Of a DNA stretch of 64,000 nt, positions 27,477 to 38,419 are shown in pieces. Positions within the stretch are counted from its first letter, which is position 1; the number at the start of each line of letters is the position of its first letter. The stretch comes from an uncultured Chthonomonadaceae bacterium (GTDB taxonomy: Bacteria > Armatimonadota > Chthonomonadetes > Chthonomonadales > Chthonomonadaceae): NCBI GenBank assembly GCA_963817895.1, contig CAWFQB010000004.1, positions 640,001 through 704,000 of the forward strand. The letters are read 5' to 3'. The notes beneath the pieces were generated by a model, which saw nothing but the letters and a program-made list of their open reading frames with translations, searched no databases and was not told the origin of the DNA. The position numbers and the translations under genes were made by a program.

Positions 27477-28321
27477 AATTCCCGTTCCTCTCCCGTACTG
27501 GCACGCAGGAGTTGTCCCGTCGGTTCGGGAGTTGTGGCGTGAGCGGCGCGAAGAAGCGTGTCCGGTTGATTGGTGGGCGTATTAGCGGTGCGCAGGAGGG
27601 TTTCGGACACTTGCTGACGTTTCAGGCGGGCTTCCATGAGCGAGATGAGTTCTCGCACGATCTCTAAAGCAGAGACACCGCCGTATAACCACATAGAATT
27701 ATGGGCGAGTTGCTTCAAGCGCGTCAGCGTGGTTTGGCTGCCGATGGCGGCCAGAATGTGCAGCGTGAGCAGCATGGTTTCACTGGATCTGGTTGACGAC
27801 AGACCTTGCATCTCAACGTTAATTATCCAGAGTTGCTTTTGCTCCGCGTCGTCCAGCAGTCCGACGTGGTCTTCCGTGACGTGTTCGAGCAGGCGCAGTA
27901 TGGCGGCGCGTATCTGCGGATGCCGTCCCCAGGTGTGGCGCGTCGCCTGTATAAGCGTGGGCAGTGCGGCAACGTCGTTGGTTTGCGTGAGGGCGTAGAC
28001 GGCGTAGGGGTACTGTCTTGCGGCAAGGACGAACGGGAGCAGCAAGAGGGCTTCACAGGTGGCAACCCACAACCCCAGGGCGAAATCCCCCTTTAATGCG
28101 CCGGCTGCCAGAGCGAACAGCACCAGTGACCGGGCGGTAAGCGCAAGACTATGGTGTGTTTTTGCGCGGGAAGCGATGTAGTCCTGCAAGGCTTCGATTT
28201 GCAACGGAGTAAGTTGACGGAGCAGGGGTTCGTCCGCCCAGCGCCAGCCTCGGCGGGAAAGCAAGCGCATGATGCGTTTGGCTTCTCGATGCGGATGCGA
28301 GTTAAATTTGATGGCGGGCAT
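27473..28321 (-). CDS. 2-TM + HEAT-like protein with triple-LLR tail
   Basis: ALTQTNDVAALPTLI; LLRTA..LLRAA..LLRAS. Confidence 0.85.
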   Translation of the reverse strand: MPAIKFNSHPHREAKRIMRLLSRRGWRWADEPLLRQLTPLQIEALQDYIASRAKTHHSLALTARSLVLFALAAGALKGDFALGLWVATCEALLLLPFVLAARQYPYAVYALTQTNDVAALPTLIQATRHTWGRHPQIRAAILRLLEHVTEDHVGLLDDAEQKQLWIINVEMQGLSSTRSSETMLLTLHILAAIGSQTTLTRLKQLAHNSMWLYGGVSALEIVRELISLMEARLKRQQVSETLLRTANTPTNQPDTLLRAAHATTPEPTGQLLRASTGEEREL

Positions 28322-28353
28322 GGCGTTGGCTTTGGGCAGTGCGGAAGATTGTA

Positions 28354-28408
28354 CCCTCACCCCCGACCCCTCTCCCTGATTCGTCCGCTGCGCGGACAGG
28401 GAGAGGGG
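28354..28408. repeat. REP-like palindromic element, CCCTCACCCC family
   Basis: ccctcacccccgacccctctccctg...cagggagagggg. Confidence 0.8.
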
Positions 28409-28427
28409 AGCAAGTATGGAAGCCGGG

Positions 28428-29651
28428 TCACAGATTCGACGGCACATCTTCCGTCTGAGCTTCGCGTTCCAGAGCGATGAGCGTGTCGCGGCGGTTCCAT
28501 TCTGACCGCTCGAACATGTTCAGGCCGGGATCGCAGATGATGCCGTTTTCTTTGCGCGGTTCGCTGCTGTTCAGGAAATCCTCGTTGAGCGTCACGCCCC
28601 AGCCCGGACCGGACGGCAGATGGAAATGACCGTCAATCACTTCGGGATAGGGGCTTGCCACCTGCTTGATCTGCGAGTCGGTAAAGTCGTTGAAGTGTTC
28701 CAGAATTTTGGCGTTGCGCAGGCCGAACATCATGTGCAGCGTGGCGACAGTGGTAATCACGCCGCCGACGTTATGCGGGGCGGCCATGATGGAGTACGTT
28801 TCGGCAGTTGAGCAGATTTTCTTCGTTTCCAGCAATCCGCCGCACTGGTTCAAATCGGGCTGAATGATGTGCGCCAGCCGGTTGCCCAACAGGTCGCGGT
28901 ACTGCTGCGCGTGGTACAGGCGTTCCCCCGTCGCAATCGGAATACTGGTATGTTCCATCACATAGCGCAGGGCGGGAACGTCTTCGGGGCGGCACGGCTC
29001 TTCGATCCAGCCGGGGTTTAAGTGTTCGATGGCTTTGGCGATCTCGACGGCCTGATGCGGCGCGAACCGTCCGTGCATTTCCACGAATATTTGCACATTG
29101 TCGCCTGTCACGGAATGAACCGCTTCAATTAGTTCAATGGATTTGTGGAATTCGTGGCGCGACAGTTCCAGATTGCCGTTCCCGAACGGATCAAATTTCA
29201 AGCCTAAATACCCGCGTTCCACGACTTTCTGCGCGGCCTCAATGAACGCTTCGGGAGTGCGTTCGCCCTTGTACCAGCCGTTGGCATACGCGGGAATCCG
29301 ATCATGCACCTGTCCGCCAATGAGTTTGTAGACGGGCAGGTTGGCTTTTTTGCCGATGATGTCCCAACTCGCCATTTCCACCAGAGCGAGCGCGGACATA
29401 ACCACTTCCCCCGGTGAGCCGAAATCCAGCAGGGTAAATCGCCGGTACAGCGCCTCGATGCCGTACACGTCATGCCCGATGAAATGCCGCCGCGCGTCCT
29501 TCAGATACTCCAGCACGGTATGGGTCTTGCCCAAAATACGCGCTTCCCCCACGCCCGTCAGTCCGTCTTCCGTTTCTAAAACAAGGTACGTCAGGTTGCG
29601 CCAGGGCGTCGAAACTACGAATGTGCGATAGCCGGTAATCTTCAAGTTCAT
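28428..29651 (-). CDS. Mandelate racemase/muconate lactonizing (galactonate dehydratase-like) enzyme
   Basis: AYANGW, KFDPF, EMHGR, WIEEP, ATGER, APHN. Confidence 0.9.
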   Translation of the reverse strand: MNLKITGYRTFVVSTPWRNLTYLVLETEDGLTGVGEARILGKTHTVLEYLKDARRHFIGHDVYGIEALYRRFTLLDFGSPGEVVMSALALVEMASWDIIGKKANLPVYKLIGGQVHDRIPAYANGWYKGERTPEAFIEAAQKVVERGYLGLKFDPFGNGNLELSRHEFHKSIELIEAVHSVTGDNVQIFVEMHGRFAPHQAVEIAKAIEHLNPGWIEEPCRPEDVPALRYVMEHTSIPIATGERLYHAQQYRDLLGNRLAHIIQPDLNQCGGLLETKKICSTAETYSIMAAPHNVGGVITTVATLHMMFGLRNAKILEHFNDFTDSQIKQVASPYPEVIDGHFHLPSGPGWGVTLNEDFLNSSEPRKENGIICDPGLNMFERSEWNRRDTLIALEREAQTEDVPSNL

Positions 29652-29660
29652 TCTCCGATG

Positions 29661-31401
29661 TTATTTATTTTCTCGAAACTGCGTATCTTTCCATTCGGCA
29701 AACAGGGGGCGCAGTTTGCCGCGCTGGTATTTGCCTGTAGAGGTGACGGGGAAGGTATCCCCGAACACGACTACTTTGGGCGATTTGGCGAAGGGGAGTT
29801 TTTCGCGGCAGGCGCGGAGTATTTCCGCTTCCGAAACGCTGCTGCCCTCTTCGCGCTGTACGTATGCGCCTACTTCTTCGCCATAGAAATTGTTTTCAAA
29901 GCCCACTGCCATTGCCGTGCGAATTCCGGGGATGGCGTTCAAAACCTCATCTATATCGAACGGCGACAGGTTGATGCCGCCCCGGATGATGAGTTCCTTC
30001 AAGCGTCCCGTGATAAAGAAATAGGGCAGGCCATCCGCGCCCATGCGGTAAAAGCCCTCATCTCCCGACCGGAACCAGCCATGCGTAAAGGCGTCACGGT
30101 TTGCGTCCGGGCGTCCATAATAGTACCGCATGACATTGACGCCGCGAATCACGATTTCGCCCCGCGTTTCGGATGGCAGCGCGTTGCCTGTCCGCGTCGT
30201 GTATCTGCATTTCGTTGACGGGAAGGGGGCAGCCTATACTTGGAAACCCGCACTCGCTGCATCCAGTAGTTGTATTCTTCCTCCGTTTGCTTTGCGGGCA
30301 GGAAGCAAGAATAGCACGTTGTTTCGCTCAGGCCGTACCCGTGCGTGATGCGCAGTCCGAATTTGTCATGAAAGCGGCGGGCCACTTCGACGGTCAGCGG
30401 GCCAGCGCCACACAGGATGCGCTTGAAGCGGGAAAGGTCGTACTGCGTAATATCCTCGCCCCGTTCCGTCAGAAACGCGAGAATGGTGGGAACGACACTG
30501 ACCCACGTACAGCCTTCCGCTTCCAGCGTTTTCCAGAACGAACCTGCGCTGAATTTACGATTGATAACCACGCTGCCGCCAATGACAAGCGGCGTCAGCA
30601 GTGTTACCACGATGCCGTTGACATGGTGCAGTGGCAGCACATTCATAGCGCGGTCGGCGTATCAAATTCCATCCACAGGCAAATCGCCATCGCGTCAGTA
30701 TATTAGATTGCCGTGTTCAAGGACAACGCCCTTTGGGCGGGCCGGTTGTGCCGGAAGTATAGACAATCAGACATTCGGTATTGGCGTGAACAGAGGGGCG
30801 TTCGCGTAACAGAGCTGTGTTGAACAGGGGAGTGGCAACAGCGCTTTCATAATCGCAGAGGGCGGCTGAAAGCGGGTAAATCGTAGGCAGGGGATTGTCT
30901 GTGTTTGCAGTTTCGGGCGTTGATTGCGACAGTTTATTCCATTTGTCTCGGTTTTCTTCGGGTATGAACAGGGCTTTTGCGCGGGAATGGTGGAGAATGT
31001 AGCGAATACGCTCTTCATCTTCGGCAGGATTGATAGGCACAATCGTTGCGCCCAACGTCCACGCGGCAAAGTAGACAAGCGCAGTACGCGGGTCGTTGAC
31101 CAGCAGCGTGGCGATGCGATCTCCAGGCATAATCTGCGCTTCAGCCTGCATCCATGCCTGCAAGCTCACGCAGGACTTCGATAAACTGCCGATAGCTGTA
31201 ACTGCCCGCGTGCCCGTTTTCATCGTAGTACGTAAGCCAGTTCGCATTCCACATACGTCCGTAACGCGCTCGCAGCAAATCGCCAATGACGGAACCGTAC
31301 ACTCGGACGGCATACGCGCCGGAAACGTCACGCGCATGAGCGATGTTGTCCTGCGTGTCAGACGTGACATTGAATTGTACATTCGTGTCGTTGTCGCTCA
31401 T
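29661..31401 (-). CDS. Acyl-CoA synthetase / AMP-dependent ligase (multiply frameshifted)
   Basis: YTSGTTGPPKG, GYGLSET, RSGDEG, GRLKELIIRGG, TGK across fragments. Confidence 0.85.
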
Positions 31402-31421
31402 GGGGAACCTGCCTCTGACGG

Positions 31422-31470
31422 AAAAAGCCTGCGCGCGTCGTTGGAATGTACGACGCGCGCAGGCTTTTTT
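31422..31470. terminator. Bidirectional intrinsic terminator-like hairpin
   Basis: aaaaagcctgcgcgcgtcgt / acgacgcgcgcaggcttttt. Confidence 0.75.
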
Positions 31471-32053
31471 CCTTCCGGCAGTAGCGGTTTAATCCGACAA
31501 AAGCGGATTAGACGCTGAGATCGCTGCTCGTTTCCCTGCCGTCAATCAGGCCAAGCTGCATCAGGGCCATAGACGTGCTGGAAGCGGAAACGGGAAGACC
31601 GCTGATACCGGCATCGGCGGTCATTTTGCGCTGAAGGTCTTCGGCAAACGCCACGTCGTTATCGGACATAGCGCGTATCAGTTTCTTCAGCGTAACAAGC
31701 GAGGTTCGGCAGAATTGCATGAGTATGAATACTCCCATCCAGAAAGAGCGACGGCCAACAGGGGCCAATGAATGAGATACGCGCGGGGCGCGTATGGGAG
31801 CAGTTGTGCTGTGTCCCTCACGGGGCAGCGGTAGTGCAAGTCATGCGCGGCGGAACGCATGGGACTTCCTATCCTTATCGGCGGAGAGCGAAGAAATGAT
31901 AAACAGGAAGATACCGCATGGACACTGCAAACGAAAACAATGTTCCCGCAATGATGCAGCTTCAGGAACATTGTATCTTAATTATGGCAAATGTCAAGAC
32001 ATATTTTAAGGTAGACAATTGGATTAGTGAATAAAGAAGGCTTCAGAGCGGCT

Positions 32054-34693
32054 TCAGGTTCGCTTTGGGGCTGTCCATGCGGCGCTGAAGAACAGCGCAA
32101 GCAGGGCGCAGGCAAGGCATTGCAGAAACAATCCCACCCGGTAACTGGCTGGCTCGTAAGTGAACGCGACGATATGTGCGCCGGAAGGAAAGGCCACAGC
32201 GCGGAAAATGTTTTCGGGCGAGCGTTGGAGTTCCGCCTGTTTACCGTCTACCGTCACCTGCCAGCCGGGATAGAACTGGTCGGCAAGCATGAGGGTTGCG
32301 GGTATAGGCGCGGACACGCTCAAAACAACGCGGGTCGCCTCATCCTGCTGAAACGCGATGGAAGCGGGAGGGGAAAGCGGCAGGCCGTTCGCGTCCATCA
32401 GTCGGGCGCGATGCTGCGCGTTCGGCAGGGGATAAACGGCCATTTCATCATCCGAGTCATAGACCGCATTGGTTGTAGGGGGCAGAGTTGTACGAAACAG
32501 AGGCGCGGCGGCAGGCAGGGTAATCGCGTAAGCCGCGCCGAGAGCGGAAACTGCCGGGAGAGTCGGGTCCTGAAAAAAGACCATGTTGCCGACTTCGACC
32601 GGGCTGGCGTTTTTGTGCCATTTATTGTCCGCGACGAGCAAATTGATCGGCAAAACCTTTGTATTGTCCCGTCAGCAGCGAGTCATAACCCTGCACATCC
32701 CGCAGGCCGTAAACCAGCGCGGCATTGGGCGGCAGTACGGCAGGCGGCGGCACATTCAGGTTCCAAATTTATTGACGGGGAAAATGTGGTCATGTCCAAT
32801 GGCATCCTGCGCTAATTTGATACCTGGCGTGACAGGATATACAGAGGAAGGTGGAGCGGTAGGATTGATGCGGATGCCGACAAGAAACAGGTCCGCAATG
32901 GCAAGCGCAAGGCAAATAATGGCACAGGAGAAAAGAGCAGGGATTGTGAAGTCTCTCTCCTTTTCATTAGAAACGGCAGACGTTGGCTTTGTCTTGAACA
33001 GCAGCAGGGCAATACCGGCAGCCATGAAGACAAGCAACTGCATCCAATCCGCGCCGATACGAGAGATAGCCTCGCCGAAAACAGGAACCTTGATTTTTTC
33101 CATATTGGGCAAGTTCGCGCGTAACGCCTGCGACGCCAAACTTACCCCGATGGCGAACACAAACGCGAACATTCCATGACAACGCTGATTTCGCGCTTTG
33201 TCGGAGGTTGCCGCAACAGGCTGTCTAATCCCAAACCGGCAAGTACCCCAATCGCCAGCGCCCATAACACCAGACAGCGGGCAGGTGAACCCGACTGCGC
33301 AAAACCGGGGATAAAAAAGTAGAAGAGGGCGTTGAGCGGCGTTCCCAATGCCAGCAGCAGGGCAAGAACGGCAAGCAGGGCGAAGAACAACCTTATTCCA
33401 ACGCCTTTTACCTCACCCCAACCCCTCTCCTTGCCGCGCAACGCGTCAGGAGAGGGGCTTTCTGTATTACTGCCTTCTCCTGCTGTTCCTGCGTCGCTTA
33501 GAGAGGAGTATTTGTTGCTCTCATTTGAACGTGTTGCTTTGCTATTTACAATCGTTCGCGTAATTGTCAGCAAGGCCAGCAAAAGAGGAATGATGCCGAC
33601 ATAAATGGCGGTTTCCGCCGCGTTGTGCCGGATTGCGCCGTCACCGTCCGGGGTGTGTTTTACATAAAAGCCGTAATAGGGATTGCCCGCGTCGTAATCG
33701 TCGCCGAAGAAATCGGGCAGCGTGAGCATGGCTAAATCCATCGGCGGCAGCGCGTATTCCACATACAGCGCGTACCCTGCCGAGTGGGCTTGCCGACACG
33801 GTGCGACATGCGCGACAATTCCAGCGAGGGCAATATTTGCGGCAGGGCAAGCATCACTCCCAGAATCAGTCCGCCAATCAACAGCCCAAGCCGCCGCAAA
33901 GCAAAGGCCGCGCCATACTTCCGCCCCCGCGCTATCAGCAGCGCGATTGCCCACAAACTGCCCACCAGCAGCCCGTAGAAAGCGATCTGCAAATGTCCGG
34001 CGAGGAGCATTAGTCCTACGGTTAAGATATAAGGTACGAGATACGAGATACAGAGTCGATCGGCGCGATACTTGTATCTCGTATCTCGTATCTCTTGCCT
34101 ATCTCATATATTTGCCGCAGCAGCAGGGGGAACCAGCAGGAGGTGGCGAGAAAGGTGGGGAGTTGGAGCCATTGGATTTGCCAGTTGGAAAAGGCGTAGA
34201 CCACGCCTGCCAGCAGCGCGCCCGCTGCGCCGCAACCGATACGGCGCATGAAAAGGTATGTGAACCAACCGCATAATGTCAGATGAAGCAGGGCGGATGC
34301 GCCGAACGCGCGGGCAGTGGGCAGAAGATAAAATAGGAGGTTGGGCGGATAAAACACGGCGGACTGGCTGTTGGCGACAAAGGGCGTCCCGCAAAACTGA
34401 TAGGGGTTCCAGAGCGGAATGTAGCCGCTGCGGATAGTCTCATGCGCGAAGTTGCGCCAGGGGTAGAACTGCGCGATGCCGTCCCAACGCAGGGGGTTCC
34501 AGGGCGGCAGGTTGTCGTGGGGAATGGCAGCCGTCCAGGGCGCAATGTGTCCGAGCAGATTGGCGGGCAGAAAAACATCTCCCGTGAACGTGGAACGCCA
34601 CAAAAACAGGGCGGAAAGCAGCAGGAAAAACAGGGGCGACAACCAACCCGGCAGAACAGAGAAAGTCGAGTTGTGGGGGGAGCGGGTTTGCAA
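32054..34693 (-). CDS. YfhO-family polytopic membrane protein (GT-C-like; multiply frameshifted)
   Basis: PLWNPYQFCGTPFVAN..FYPPN, LAGHLQ, QILPSLEL, DQFYPGWQVTVDG..FRAV. Confidence 0.8.
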
Positions 34694-34707
34694 GGGATTG
34701 ATAAGGG

Positions 34708-34819
34708 GAGGAAGATACGAGATACGAGTGGGAGAAGCCTGATTTTTGATTTACGTCCATTTAGCGAGGCGAACGTTCAACGAGGATTTCACTCGTATCT
34801 CGTATCTCGTATCTTCCTC
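34708..34819. repeat. Inverted pair of GAGATAC heptamer tandem arrays
   Basis: gaggaagatacgagatacgagtg ... cactcgtatctcgtatctcgtatcttcctc; related copy at 34035-34094. Confidence 0.8.
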
Positions 34820-34821
34820 TC

Positions 34822-35184
34822 TCAAACTGGGTCAGAAAAAAATTGCAGGCTGTCGAGGGCGCGTTTGTTGGCGGGGTCGCGGCGCAACACCTCCTCGAAC
34901 TCCGATTTGGCTTTGTCGTACTCGCCAAGCATGGAAAACGTCAGCGCCAGATCCACGCGGGGGTCAACGCGAGTGGGCGTGAGAAGCACGGCTTTTTGCA
35001 GCTCCTCAATGGATTCGTCGAACAGGCCAATGAAGCCGTAGACCAGTCCCAATTGATGATGACCGTCCGCGGAATTGGGGTCCTGCTCTAAAAATTCGCG
35101 TATCTCGGTGACGGCCTCTTCATAGCGGCCCTCCACCTTGAACGCGATGCCACGATCCAGTTGACTGTTACCCTGACTGACCAT
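34822..35184 (-). CDS. TPR protein
   Basis: About three TPR motifs (GRYEEA..DPNS, GLFDES, GEYDKA..DPAN). Confidence 0.9.
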   Translation of the reverse strand: MVSQGNSQLDRGIAFKVEGRYEEAVTEIREFLEQDPNSADGHHQLGLVYGFIGLFDESIEELQKAVLLTPTRVDPRVDLALTFSMLGEYDKAKSEFEEVLRRDPANKRALDSLQFFSDPV

Positions 35185-35350
35185 TAATATGCTTCTCCTC
35201 GCGAGAGGTACGAAGGAGGAAATTGAAAAATGAGAATGACCGCGCCTGTTTGACAGTGCGTGTTTGTTTTACGTTGCTTAATGGCGCAAGTATAGCACGT
35301 TCCGCAGGGAAAATCAAGCGGTAGATTGTCATTCCATTGCCGGGTTTGGC

Positions 35351-36632
35351 TTATATTGTCGGCGCGACGTAGGGAATCACGTAAGGGCCGCGCGGAATGG
35401 CGAGCAGGCTTGCGTTTTGGCCCTGCCGTTCCAACGCGATTTGGATGCCCTGTTCCACCGAAGACGCGGGCGTGACGAAGCATTGCGCCAGTGTCGCGTC
35501 GGGGATGCCGTCCGCAATGCAGATGATGTTGGCGTGACGCGTGGCTCGCGCCAGTTCCTCGATTTCCCACTCTTCGGGTATAAACACGTTGGGCTGCGAG
35601 ATGTGTTCCACAAAGGCTTCCAGATCGTCGGCAGCCAGCAGACGCGTTCGCGAAATCGGGGCTGCCCACGCCCTCGGCGCACTGCGACGCGATCACAATG
35701 GTTCCGCCCTTTTTTACAACCGGGAGAGCGCCGACCATGCCTTTCACAGCCTGATAAAATGTCGTATCGAGGGGATACCCGGCGCAGGAAGTGACTACTA
35801 CATCCGCAAGGGCAGACGCCTGCGCCCGGACGTGCTTTGCGGCGAACGCGACGCCCGCTTTCCACGCCTGTTCCAGATCGCCCGCGTACACGCCCGTAAT
35901 TTGGTTGGCCTCGTCCAGCGTTACGTCTACAATCATGTCCGGGCGCAGAACTCCGGCGATTGACAGCGCCTCCTCGTGAACGGGGTTGCCATCCACGACG
36001 CCCATAGTGGCGAGCGGCGATTCGAGAAAACGGGGGCAGTGCCAGTTCTGCGTGGTTTCCATCGCGGCGACACCCGGCATGACCAGTTTGCGCCCGCCCG
36101 AATAGCCCGCCATGAAATGCGGCTCAATCAGGCCGACGGTGAGGCGCAAGTCAGCATTACAATAGGTTTTGTCCAGCCAGATAGGGACGCCGTTGGGCAA
36201 CTCGCCGAGATACTGATGCGTGTCCAGTTCCTTGCAGGCGTGATTGACGATGCGGTACTGCGCGGCGATCTCCGCGCCCACGAGGGTTTCCAGTTCCGCG
36301 CCCCAGTTCGGGCGGTGCGTCCCTGTCGCAATCAGAATGGTAATGGCTTCGCGGGCAATTCCGGCCTGTTCCAATGTCCGCAGCATGGGTGGCAGCAGCG
36401 TGGTATTGGGAACCGGGCGGGTGATGTCGCAAATCACGATGCAGGCGTTGGCGCGACCCTGCGCCAACTGCGTCAGCGAATGGGTTCCAATCGGGTTTTG
36501 CAGGGCGTGTTCAATGGCGCTGAGAGGATCGGCAAGGGCGGGCGCGGGCGTCAATCCCAACACGCCGATGAGATTGGCGTCCGGCAGTTCCGCCATCAGC
36601 CCTGTTTTACCATAATCCATGCGTACCCGCAT
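35351..36632 (-). CDS. larA: Nickel-dependent lactate racemase (LarA) family protein (frameshift near 35650)
   Basis: DITRPVPN, IATGTHR, EPHFMAGYSGGRK, FYQAVKG; C-terminus in ORF 35351..35611. Confidence 0.85.
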
Positions 36633-36654
36633 AATTGATTCTCCTGAAAGTTTT

Positions 36655-37845
36655 TTATAATGATTCGCGTTGCCAATCTTCGGCGAATGGGCGCAGTGGG
36701 CTGTTGGGATATTGTTCCACGAACAGACGCAGTAAAACTTGCGCGTCGGCCCGTCGGTCGAGGCGATTGAGATACAGGGACGCGGTTTTCAGCAGGGCGG
36801 TTTCGGCTTCGGGACTTGCCGTTTGATCCAGAGCCAATCCGCGCAAAACATCCGCCGCCAATCCGTACTGCTGTAACTCTTCCAGCGCAATCCCCACGTT
36901 TAACAGGTTCGCGGGCGATACATCGGCAACAATTAAATCGGACTCGCGCATTTCGGAATACAGGGTTGCGGCTTCCACGCGCTGCTGCTGTTCCAGGTAG
37001 TACGCCAGTACCTGATGGTACTGCTTTAGCGCCTGTTCCCCGTCGCCAAGCATGAGCCACGCCCTCGCCAATTCCGTCCGCGCCTCCTGATCGTTAGGAT
37101 TTCGCGCCAGCAGGGTTTCCCACTTTTTAATGGCCGCGCCGGGAACGCTTTTGCTCATGGCGTGCAGCGCGTCCAGGGAGAGATACGCCCGCGCCCCGTG
37201 ATCTGTAAGCCGGAGCAGGTACGCGCATCCCAATCCGAACACGAAGCCGCCGATGTGCGCCCAGTGCGCCACGCCATCGCCGTTGTTTCCCCCCAGCAGA
37301 TTCCACAATCCGGCGAGGATTTCCAGCGCGAGATACAGCGTGACAACCACAACCACATGGGCGCGAACCGGCAGGCCGACAAAACTGATGGTAGCGCGGT
37401 AGTAGCGGGCGGCGTACAAACCGATCAATCCGGCACATGCGGCAGACGCGCCGATGATGGGAGCGGACTGATACTCGGGCGGCAGGAGCGTGGCGGTAAC
37501 AAGGCATTGCAGCGCGCCGCCGACAAGCCCGCCGAGAAAATACAGCAACAGAAACCGCCGACTTCCCACAGCGGCCTCAATTCCCGTCCCGAATACCCAC
37601 AGGAAAAAGGCGTTCACGCAAAAGTGGCTCAGGCTGTCGTGAAACAGGGGATACGTGAGCAGGGCGAAAAACTGAAAGTGGTCCGGCACAAGTCCGAAAA
37701 ACGAAATTAAATGCGCGGCAGTGGAAGCGTGTCCGCTCCCGCGCAGCAGCAGCACGCAGAGCGACAGCAGAAACGTCACCGCCAGCAGTCCCAGGGTTGC
37801 AGGCGGGCGGCGCGAAATCGGATTGTCACTGTAAGGCAAAATCAT
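36655..37845 (-). CDS. Rhomboid intramembrane serine protease with C-terminal TPR-like domain
   Basis: HFCVN, IGASAA, VAHWAHIGGF. Confidence 0.9.
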   Translation of the reverse strand: MILPYSDNPISRRPPATLGLLAVTFLLSLCVLLLRGSGHASTAAHLISFFGLVPDHFQFFALLTYPLFHDSLSHFCVNAFFLWVFGTGIEAAVGSRRFLLLYFLGGLVGGALQCLVTATLLPPEYQSAPIIGASAACAGLIGLYAARYYRATISFVGLPVRAHVVVVVTLYLALEILAGLWNLLGGNNGDGVAHWAHIGGFVFGLGCAYLLRLTDHGARAYLSLDALHAMSKSVPGAAIKKWETLLARNPNDQEARTELARAWLMLGDGEQALKQYHQVLAYYLEQQQRVEAATLYSEMRESDLIVADVSPANLLNVGIALEELQQYGLAADVLRGLALDQTASPEAETALLKTASLYLNRLDRRADAQVLLRLFVEQYPNSPLRPFAEDWQRESL

Positions 37846-38065
37846 GGCATACTTTCGTTCGCGGTTGCCATTGTTACCGGCAAGTACATGCCTATTCGTC
37901 GTAAGTGGGTGAAATTCCTTCTGCGCAATCGAAGCGTATGTTCAGAGTTCAAGAGATCGGAACGCTGAACCCGGGCATCGCGAGATTCCCGAAGCCGAAA
38001 CAGTTGTCAATCTGAGTATGCGGCTCAGTGGGGCGGGCTGTGTGCCACGCGGAAGAAGGCAAAAA

Positions 38066-38105
38066 AGAAAGGCGAAAGTCGCAGACACGCTACTTTCGCC
38101 TTTCT
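38066..38105 (-). terminator. Intrinsic terminator
   Basis: agaaaggcgaaagt / actttcgcctttct stem with a T-run on the minus strand after 38124..38387. Confidence 0.7.
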
Positions 38106-38123
38106 ACTGTTGTCTTGTCCGAG

Positions 38124-38387
38124 TCAGTTACCGCTGTTGACGGGCTTGCCGGGGATGGAACCTTCTGAAGGGGCGGGATAGTAGGCGTGATTGTTGGCTC
38201 CGGCAGTGGGCGCCGCCGTCTGTGTGGATTGCTGTACGGCTCCCGGCGCAGAGCCTTTCGCGCCCACCACACCCGGAGACGGCTCATAGGCTGCGGGCTT
38301 AAGCGCGCGGGAACCAAATACCACCAGCAACGCCACCACAACCACGATAAGTCCCACTATCGCCGCAGGATGCAACTCTTGTTTCAT
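38124..38387 (-). CDS. Small single-TM protein
   Basis: N-terminal TM then Pro/Ala/Gly-rich region; directly downstream of the DUF1559 gene. Confidence 0.7.
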   Translation of the reverse strand: MKQELHPAAIVGLIVVVVALLVVFGSRALKPAAYEPSPGVVGAKGSAPGAVQQSTQTAAPTAGANNHAYYPAPSEGSIPGKPVNSGN

Positions 38388-38419
38388 ATTTTTGATCTCC
38401 AGTGTCTTCCAGTATGCGG

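Noticed and set aside
31508..31971. Small ORFs between the ligase and yfhO-like genes
   Set aside because: Possibly a frameshifted small gene, but no recognisable motif or reliable start
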